Below, piece by piece: positions 43,601 to 53,500 of a stretch of DNA of 64,000 nucleotides. Every line of letters begins with the position of its first letter. The first letter of the stretch is position 1. This DNA comes from the human T2T-CHM13v2.0 reference genome, Homo sapiens. Location: NCBI RefSeq assembly GCF_009914755.1, contig NC_060936.1; one strand, given 5' to 3'. The notes beneath the pieces were generated by a model. That model was not told the DNA's origin. It ran no database searches and saw only the letters and a list, made by a program, of their open reading frames with translations. Made by a program: the position numbers and the translations under genes.

Positions 43601-46600
43601 AAGCGCTTGAAATCTCCAGCTGCAAATTCCACAAAAAGGGTGTTTAACATCTGCTCTTCTAAAGGAAAGTTCAACTCTATGAGTTGAATACACACAGCAC
43701 AAAGAAGTTACTGAGACTTCTCCTATCAAACATTATATGAAGAAATCCCGTTTCCAACGAAGGCCTCAAAGAGGTCCAAATATCTGCTTGCAGACTTTAC
43801 AGACAGAGTTTTTCCAAACTGCTCCATCAAAAGAAAGGTTAAACTCCTTGAGTTGAACACACACATCACAAAGTAGTTTCTGTGAATGATTCTGTCTAGT
43901 TTTTATACGAAGATGTTTCCTTTTCTACCTTTGGTCTCAAAGCGATTGAAATCTCCACATGGAAACTCCACAAAAAGAGTGTTTCAAATCTGCTCTTTCT
44001 GAAGGAAGGTTCAACCCTGTGAGTTGAATACACACACCACAAATAAGTTACTGAGAATTCTTCTGTGTAACATTATATGAGGAAATCCCGTTTCCAACGA
44101 AGGCCTCAAAGAGGTCCAAATATCCACTTGCAGACTTTACAAAGACAGTGTCTCCAAACTCCTCCATCAAAAGAAAGGTTATACTCTGTGAATTGAATGC
44201 ACACATCACAAAGTAGTTTCTGAGAATGATTCTGTCTAGTTTTTATACAAAGATATTTCCTTTTCTACATTTGGCCTAAAAGCGCTTGAAATCTCCACCT
44301 GCAAATATCACAAAAAGAGGGTTTCACATCTGCTCTGTCTAAAGGACAGTTCACCTCTGTGAGTTGAATAGAGGCAACACAAAGAACTTACTCAGTATTC
44401 TTCTTTCTAGCGTTCTATGAAGAAATCCCGTTTCCAACGAAGGCCTCAAAGAGGTCCAAATATCTGCTTGCAGACCTTACAGAGTGTTTCCAAACTACTC
44501 TATGAAAAGAAAGCTTAAACTCCTTGAGTTGAACGCACACATCACAAAGTAGTTTCTGAGAATTATTCTGTCTAGTTTTTATACGAAGATGTTTCCTTTT
44601 CTACATTTGGTCTCAAAGCGATTGAAATCTCCAACTGGAAACTGCACAAATAGGGTGTTTCAAATCTGCTCTGTCTAAAGGAAGGTTCAACCCTGTGAGT
44701 TGAATACACACACCACAAATAAGTTACTGAGAATTCTTCTGTCGAACATTACATGAAGAAATCCCGTTTCCAACGAAGGCCTCAAAGAGGTCCAAATATC
44801 CACTTGCAGACATTACAGAGTGTTTCCAAACTGCTCCATCAAAAGAAAGGTTAAACTCTGTGAGCTGAACACACACATCAAAAAGAAGTTTCTGTGAATG
44901 TTTCTGTCTAGATTTTATAAGAAGATGTTTCCTTTTCTACCGTAGGCCTCAAAGCGCTTGAAATCTCCAGCTGCAAATTCCACAAAAAGGGTGTTTAACA
45001 TCTGCTCTTCTAAAGCAAAGTTCAACTCTATGAGTTGAATACACACAGCACAAAGAAGTTACTGAGACTTCTCCTATCAAACATCATATGAAGAAATCCC
45101 GTTTCCAACGAAGGCCTCAAAGAGGTCCAAATATCTGCTTGCAGACTTTACAGACAGAGTGTTTCCAAACTGCTCCATCAAAAGAAAGGTTAAACTCCTT
45201 GAGTTGAACACACACATCACAAAGTAGTTTCTGTGAATGATTCTGTCTAGTTTTTATACGAAGATGTTTCCTTTTCTACCTTTGGTCTCAAAGCGATTGA
45301 AATCTCCACATGGAAACTCCACAAAAAGAGTGTTTCATATCTGCTCTTTCTGAAGGAAGGTTCAACTCTGTGAGTTGAATACACACACCACAAATAAGTT
45401 ACTGAGAATTCTTCTGTGTAACATTATATGAGGAAATCCCGTTTCCAACGAAGGCCACAAAGAGGTCCAAATATCCACTTGCAGACTTTACAAAGACAGT
45501 GTCTCCAAACTCGTCCATCAAAAGAAAGGTTATACTCTGTGAATTGAACGCACACATCACAAAGTAGTTTCTGAGAATGATTCTGTCTAGTTTTTATACG
45601 AAGATATTTCCTTTTCTACATTTGGCCTAAAAGCACTTGAAATCTCCACCTGCAAATATCACAAAAAGAGGGTTTCACATCTGCTCTGTCTAAAGGACAG
45701 TTCACCTCTGTGAGTTGAATAGAGGCAACACAAAGAACTTACTCAGTATTCTTCTTTCTAGCGTTCTATGAAGAAATCCCTTTTCCAAAGAAGGCCTCAA
45801 AGAGGTCCAAATATCTGCTTGCAGACTTTACAGACAGAGTGTTTCCAAACTACTCTATGAAAAGAAAGCTTAAACTCCTTGAGTTGAATGCACACATCAC
45901 AAAGTAGTTTCTGAGAATGATTCTGTCTAATTTTTATACGAAGATGTTTCCTTTTCTACATTTGGTCTTAAAGCGATTGAAATCTCCAACTGGAAACTGC
46001 ACAAATAGGGTGTTTGAAATCTGCTCTGTCTAAAGGAAGGTTCAACTCTGTGAGTTGAATACACACACCACAAATAAGGTACTGAGAATTCTTCTGTCGA
46101 ACATTACATGAAGAAATCCCGTTTCCAACGAAGGCCTCAAAGAGGTCCAAATATCCACTTGGAGACATTACAAACAGTGTGTTTCCAAACTGCTCCATCA
46201 AAAGAAAGGTTAAACTGTGTGAGCTGAACACACACATCAAAAAGAAGTTTCTGTGAATGATTCTGTCTAGATTTTATAAGAAGATGTTTCCTTTTCTACC
46301 GTAGGCCTCAAAGCGCTTGAAATCTCCAGCTGCAAATTCCACAAAAAGGGTGTTTAACATCTGCTCTTCTAAAGGAAAGTTCAACTCTATGAGTTGAATA
46401 CACACAGCACAAAGAAGTTACTGAGACTTCTCCTATCAAACATTATAGGAAGAAATCCCGTTTCCAACGAAGGCCTCAAAGAGGTCCAAATATCTGCTTG
46501 CAGACTTTACAGACAGAGTTTTTCCAAACTGCTCCATCAAAAGAAAGGTTAAACTCCTTGAGTTGAACACACACATCACAAAGTAGTTTCTGTGAATGAT

Positions 46601-49165
46601 TCTGTCTAGTTTTTATACGAAGATGTTTCCTTTTCTACCTTTGGTCTCAAAGCGATTGAAATCTCCACATGGAAACTCCACAAAAAGAGTGTTTCAAATC
46701 TGCTCTTTCTGAAGGAAGGTTCAACTCTGTGAGTTGAATACACACACCACAAATAAGTTACTGAGAATTCTTCTGTGTAACATTATATGAGGAAATCCCG
46801 TTTCCAACGAAGGCCTCAAAGAGGTCCAAATATCCACTTGCAGACTTTACAAAGACAGTGTCTCCAAACTCCTCCATCAAAAGAAAGGTTATACTCTGTG
46901 AATTGAACGCACACATCACAAAATAGTTTCTGAGAATGATTCTGTCTAGTTTTTATACGAAGATATTTCCTTTTCTACATTTGGCCTAAAAGCGCTTGAA
47001 ATCTCCACCTGCAAATATCACAAAAAGAGGGTTTCACATCTGCTCTGTCTAAAGGACAGTTCACCTCTGTGAGTTGAATAGAGGCAACACAAAGAACTTA
47101 CTCAGTATTCTTCTTTCTAGCGTTCTATGAAGAAATCCCGTTTCCAACGAAGGCCTCAAAGAGGTCCAAATATCTGCTTGCAGACTTTACAGACAGAGTG
47201 TTTCCAAACTACTCTATGAAAAGAAAGCTTAAACTCCTTGAGTTGAACGCACACATCACAAAGTAGTTTCTGAGAATGATTCTGTCTTGTTTTTATACAA
47301 AGGTATTTCCGTTTCTATGGCTTCAAAGCGATTGAAATCTCCAACTGGAAACTGCACAAATAGGGTGTTTCAAATCTGCTCTGTCTAAAGGAAGGTTCAA
47401 CTCTGTGAGTTGAATACACACACCACAAATAAGTTACTGAGAATTCTTCTGTCGAACATTACATGAAGAAATCGCGTTTCCAACGAAGGCCTGAAAGAGG
47501 TCCAAATATCCACTTGCAGACATTGCAAAAAGAGTGTTTCCAAACTACTCCATCAAAAGAAATGTTAAACTCTGTGAGCTGAACACACACATCAAAAAGA
47601 AGTTTCTGTGAATGATTCTGTCTAGATTTTATAAGAAGATGTTTCCTTTTCTACCGTAGGCCTCAAAGCGCTTGAAATCTCCAGCTGCAAATTCCACAAA
47701 AAGGGTGTTTAACATCTGCTCTTCTAAAGGAAAGTTCAACTCTATGAGTTGAATACACACAGCACAAAGAAGTTACTGAGACTTCTCCTATCAAACATTA
47801 TATGAAGAAATCCCGTTTCCAACGAAGGCCTCAAAGAGGTCCAAATATCTGCTTGCAGACTTTACAGACAGAGTTTTTACAAACTGCTCCATCAAAAGAA
47901 AGGTTAAACTCCTTGAGTTGAACACACACATCACAAAGTAGTTTCTGTGAATGATTCTGTCTAGTTTTTATACGAAGATGTTTCCTTTTCTACCTTTGGT
48001 CTCAAAGCGATTGAAATCTCCACATGGAAACTCCACAAAAAGAGTGTTTCAAATCTGCTCTTTCTGAAGGAAGGTTCAACTCTGTGAGTTGAATACACAC
48101 ACCACAAATAAGTTACTGAGAATTCTTCTGTGTAACATTATATGAGGAAATCCCGTTTCCAACGAAGGCCTCAAAGAGTTCCAAATATCCACTTGCAGAC
48201 TTTACAAAGACAGTGTCTCCAAACTCCTCCATCAAAAGAAAGGTTATACTCTGTGAATTGAACGCACACATCACAAAATAGTTTCTGAGAATGATTCTGT
48301 CTAGTTTTTATACGAAGATATTTCCTTTTCTACATTTGGCCTAAAAGCGCTTGAAGTCTCCACTTGCAAATATCACAAAAAGAGGGTTTCACATCTGCTC
48401 TGTCTAAAGAACAGTTCACCTCTGTGAGTTGAATAGAGGCAACACAAAGAACTTACTCAGTATTCTTATTTCTAGCGTTCTATGAAGAAATCCCGTTTCC
48501 AACGAAGGCCTCAAAGAGGTCCAAATATCTGCTTGCAGACTTTACAGACAGAGTGTTTCCAAACTACTCTATGAAAAGAAAGCTTAAACTCCTTGAGTTG
48601 AACGCACACATCACAAAGTAGTTTCTGAGAATGATTCTGTCTTGTTTTTATACAAAGGTATTTCCGTTTCTATGGCTTCAAAGCGATTGAAATCTCCAAC
48701 TGGAAACTGCACATATAGGGTGTTTCAAATCTGCTCTGTCTAAAGGAAGGTTCAACTCTGTGAGTTGAATACACACACCACAAATAAGTTACTGAGAATT
48801 CTTCTGTCGAACATTACATGAAGAAATCCCGTTTCCAACGAAGGCGTCAAAGAGGTCCAAATATCCACTTGCAGACATTACAAAGAGTGTGTTTCCAAAC
48901 TGCTCCATCAAAACAAAGGTTAAACTCTGTGAGCTGAACACACACATCAAAAAGAAGTTTCTGTGAATGATTCTGTCTAGATTTTATAAGAAGATGTTTC
49001 CTTTTCTACCGTAGGCCTCAAAGCGCTTGAAATCTCCAGCTGCAAATTCCACAAAAAGGGTGTTTAACATCTGCTCTTCTAAAGGAAAGTTCAACTCTAT
49101 GAGTTGAATACACACAGCACAAAGAAGTTACTGAGACTTCTCCTATCAAACATTATATGAAGAAA

Positions 49166-50524
49166 TCCCGTTTCCAACGAAGGCCTCAAAGAGGTCCAAA
49201 TATCTGCTTTCAGACTTTACAGACAGGGTGTTTCCAAACTGCTCCATCAAAAGAAAGGTTAAACTCCTTGAGTTGAACACACAGATCACAAAGTAGTTTC
49301 TGTGAATGATTCTGTCTAGTTTTCATACGAAGATGTTTCCTTTTCTACCTTTGGTCTCAAAGCGATTGAAATCTCCACATGGAAACTCCACAAAAAGAGT
49401 GTTTCAAATCTGCTCTTTCTGAAGGAAGGTTCAACTCTGTGAGTTGAATACACACAGCACAAATAAGTTACTGAGAATTCTTCTGTGTAACATTATATGA
49501 GGAAATCCCGTTTCCAACGAAGGCCTCAAAGAGGTCCAAATTTCCACTTGCAGACTTTACAAAGGCAGTGTCTCCAAACTCCTCCATCAAAAGAAAGGTT
49601 ATACTCTTTGAATTGAACGCACACATCACAAAGTAGTTTCTGAGAATGATTCTGTCTAGTTTTTATACGAAGATATTTCCTTTTCTACATTTGGCCTAAA
49701 AGCGCTTGAAATCTCCACGTGCAAATATCACAAAAAGAGGGTATCAGATCTGCTCTGTCAAAAGGACAGTTCACCTCTGTGAGTTGAATAGAGGCAACAC
49801 AAAGAACTTACTCAGTATTCTTCTTTCTAGCGTTCTATGAAGAAATCCCGTTTCCAACGAAGGCCTCAAAGAGGTCCAAATATCTGCTTGCAGACTTTAC
49901 AGACAGAGTGTTTCCAAACTACTCTATGAAAAGAAAGCTTAAACTCCTTGATTTGAACGCACACATCACAAAGTAGTTTCTGAGAATGATTCTGTCTAGT
50001 TTTTATACGAAGATGTTTCCTTTTCTACATTTGGTCTCAAAGCGATTGAAATCTCCAACTGGAAACTGCACAAATAGGGTGTTTCAAATCTGCTCTGTCT
50101 AAAGGAAGGTTCAACTCTGTGAGTTGAATACACACACCACAAATAAGTTACTGAGAATTCTTCTGTCGAACGTTACATGAAGAAATCCCGTTTCCAATGA
50201 AGGCCTCAAAGAGGTCCAAATATCCTCTTGCAGACATTACAAACAGAGTGTTTCCAAACTGCTCCATCAAAAGAAAGGTTAAACTCTGTGAGCTGAACAC
50301 ACACATCAAAAAGAAGTTTCTGTGAATGATTCTGTCTAGATTTTATAAGAAGATGTTTCCTTTTCTACCGTAGGCCTCAAAGCGCTTGAAATCTCCAGCT
50401 GCAAATTCCACAAAAAGGGTGTTTATGATCTGCTCTTCTAAAGGAAAGTTCAACCCTATGAGTTGAATACACACAGCACAAAGAAGTTACTGAGACTTCT
50501 CCTATCAAACATTATATGAAGAAA
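49166..50524 (-). repeat. Representative canonical 8-mer HOR unit (A-B-C-D), 1359 bp
   Basis: CENP-B box positions start at 49166 (A), 49506 (B), 49846 (C), 50186 (D) and 50525 (next A). Each HOR has one HindIII site (aagctt, in C), one PvuII site (cagctg) and one XbaI site (tctaga, both in D). EcoRI sites (gaattc) occur in A and C. Confidence 0.93.
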
Positions 50525-53500
50525 TCCCGTTTCCAATGAAGGCCTCAAAGAGGTCCAAATATCTGCTTGCAGACTTCACAGACAGAGTGTTTCCAAACTG
50601 CTCCATGAAAGGAAAGGTTAAACTCCTTGAGTTGAACACACACATCACAAAGTAGTTTCTGTGAATGATTCTTTCTAGTTTTTATACAAAGATGTTTCCT
50701 TTTCTACCTTTGGTCTCAATGCGATTGAAATCTCCACATGGAAACCCCACAAAAAGAGTGTTTCAAACCTGCTCTTTCTGAAGGAAGGTTCAACTCTGTG
50801 AGTTGAATACACACACCACAAATAAGTTACTGAGAATTCTTCTGTGTAACATTATATGAGGAAATCCCGTTTCCAACGAAGGCCTCAAAGAGGTCCAAAT
50901 ATCCACTTGCAGACTTTACAAAGACAGTGTCTCCAAACTCCTCCATCAAAAGAAAGGTTATACTCTGTGAATTGAACGCACACATCACAAAGTAGTTTCT
51001 GAGAATGATTCTGTCTAGTTTTTATACGAAGATATTTCCTTTTCTACATTTGGCCTAAAAGCGCTTGAAATCTCCACCTGCAAATATCACAAAAAGAGGG
51101 TTTCACATCTGCTATGTCTAAAGGACAGTTCACCTCTGTGAGTTGAGTAGAGGTAACACAAAGAACTTACTCAGTATTCTTCTTTCTAGCGTTCTATGAA
51201 GAAATCCCGTTTCCAACGAAGGCCTCAAAGAGGCCCAAATATCTGCTTGCAGACTTTACAGACAGAGTGTTTCCAAACTACTCTATGAAAAGAAAGCTTA
51301 AACTCCTTGAGTTGAACGCACACATCACAAAGTAGTTTCTGAGAATGATTCTGTCTAGTTTTTATACGAAGATGTTTCCTTTTCTACATTTGGTCTCAAA
51401 GCGATTGAAATCTCCAACTGGAAACTGCACAAATAGGGAGTTTCAAATCTGATCTGTCTAAAGGAAGGGTCAACTCTGTGAGTTGAATACACACACCACA
51501 AATAAGTTACTGAGAATTCTTCTGTCGAACATTACATGAAGAAATCCCGATTCCAACGAAGGCCTCAAAGAGGTCCAAATATCCACTTGCAGACATTACA
51601 AACAGAGGGTTTCCAAACTGCTCCATCAAAAGAAAGGTTAAACTCTGTGAGCTGAACACACACATCAAAAAGAAGTTTCTGTGAATGATTCTGTCTAGAT
51701 TTTATAAGAAGATGTTTCCTTTTCTATTGTAGGCCTCAAAGCGCTTGAAATCTCCAGCTGCAAATTCCACAAAAAGGGTGTTTAACATCTGCTCTTCTAA
51801 AGGAAAGTTCAACTCTATGAGTTGAATACACACAGCACAAAGAAGTTACTGAGACTTCTCCTATCAAACATTATATGAAGCAATCCCGTTTCCAACGAAG
51901 GCCTCAAAGAGGTCCAAATATCCACTTGCAGACGTGAAAAACAGAGTGGTTCCAAACTGCTCCATCAAAAGAAAGGTTAACCTCCTTGAGTTGAACACAC
52001 ACATCACAAAGTAGTTTCTGTGAATGATTCTGTCTAGTTTTTATACGAAGATGTTTCCTTTTCTACCTTTGGTCTCAATGCGATTGAAATCTCCACATGG
52101 AAACTCCACAAAAAGAGTGTTTCAAATCTGCTCTTTCTGAAGGAAGTTTCAACTCTGTGAGTTGAATACACACACCACAAATAAGTTACTGAGAATTCTT
52201 CTGTGTAACATTATATGAGGAAATCCCGTTTCCAACGAAGGCCTCAAAGAGGTCCAAATATCCACTTGCAGACTTTACAAAGACAGTGTCTCCAAACTGC
52301 TCCATCAAAAGAAAGGTTATACTCTGTGAATTGAACGCACACATCACAAAGTAGTTTCTGAGAATGATTCTGTCTAGTTTTTATACGAAGATATTTCCTT
52401 TTCTACATTTCGCCTAAAAGCGCTTGAAATCTCCACGTGCAAATATCACAAAAAGAGGGTTTCACATCTGCACTGTCTAAAGGAAGGTTCACCTCTGTGA
52501 GTTGAATAGAGGCAACACAAAGAACTTACTCAGTATTCTTCTTTCTAGCGTTCTGTGAAGAAATCCCGTTTTCAACGAAGGCCTCAAAGAGGTCCAAATA
52601 TCTGCTTGCAGACTTTACAGACAGAGTGTTTCCAAACTACTCTATGAAAAGAAAGCTTAAACTCCTTGAGTTGAACGCACACATCACAAAGTAGTTTCTG
52701 AGAGTGATTCTGTCTAGTTTTTATACGAAGATGTTTCCTTTTCTACATTTGGTCTCAAAGCGATTGAAATCTCCAACTGGAAACTGCACAAATAGGGTGT
52801 TTCAAATCTGCTCTGTCTAAAGGAAGGTTCAACTCTGTGAGTTGAATACACACACCACAAATAAGTTACTGAGAATTTTTCTGTCGAACATTACATGAAG
52901 AAATCCCGTTTCCAACGAAGGCCTCAAAGAGGTCCAAATATCCACTTGCAGACATTACAAACAGAGTGTTTCCAAACTGCTCCATCAAAAGAAAGGTTAA
53001 ACTCTGTGAGCTGAACACACACATCAAAAAGAAGTTTCTGTGAATGATTCTGTCTAGATTTTATAAGAAGATGTTTCCTTTTCTACCGTAGGCCTCAAAG
53101 CGCTTGAAATCTCCAGCTGCAAATTCCACAAAAAGGGTGTTTAACATCTGCTCTTCTAAAGGAAAGTTCAACTCTATGAGTTGAATACACACAGCACAAA
53201 GAAGTTACTGAGACTTCTCCTATCAAACATTATATGAAGAAATCCCGTTTCCAACGAAGGCCTCAAAGAGGTCCAAATATCTGCTTGCGGACTTTACAGA
53301 CAGAGTGTTTCCAAACTGCTCCATCAAAAGAAAGGTTAAACTCCTTGAGTTGAACACACAGATCACAAAGTAGTTTCTGTGAATGATTCTGTCTAGTTTT
53401 CATACGAAGATGTTTCCTTTTCTACCTTTGGTCTCAAAGCGATTGAAATCTCCACATGGAAACTCCACAAAAAGAGTGTTTCAAATCTGCTCTTTCTGAA

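Larger units (their letters stand above)
4420..47135. repeat. Domain built mainly from a 28-monomer super-HOR (ABCD-ABCD-AB-ABCD, 4745 bp) and its derivatives
   Basis: The same ordered series of variant dimers recurs at 4420-9164, 13573-20008, 20009-26792, 33916-39000, 39001-43745 and 43746-~47135 (partial). ORF spacing 41223->45968 is 4745 bp, and 17146->22231 is 4745+340 bp. Confidence 0.85.

Noticed and set aside
6642-46240. Seven near-identical 90-aa minus-strand ORFs (MMCVFSSQ...)
   Set aside because: They lie wholly in satellite and exist because the aaggtact variant removes a stop codon. No domain or gene context is visible. They are useful only as markers of the 28-mer.
1372-52580. 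Variant boxes cccgcttcc (1372, 4420), aacccg (2052), cccgattcc (51545) and cccgttttca (52564) as inactivated sites
   Set aside because: The changes fall at non-core positions of nTTCGnnnnAnnCGGGn, so binding is expected to be retained.
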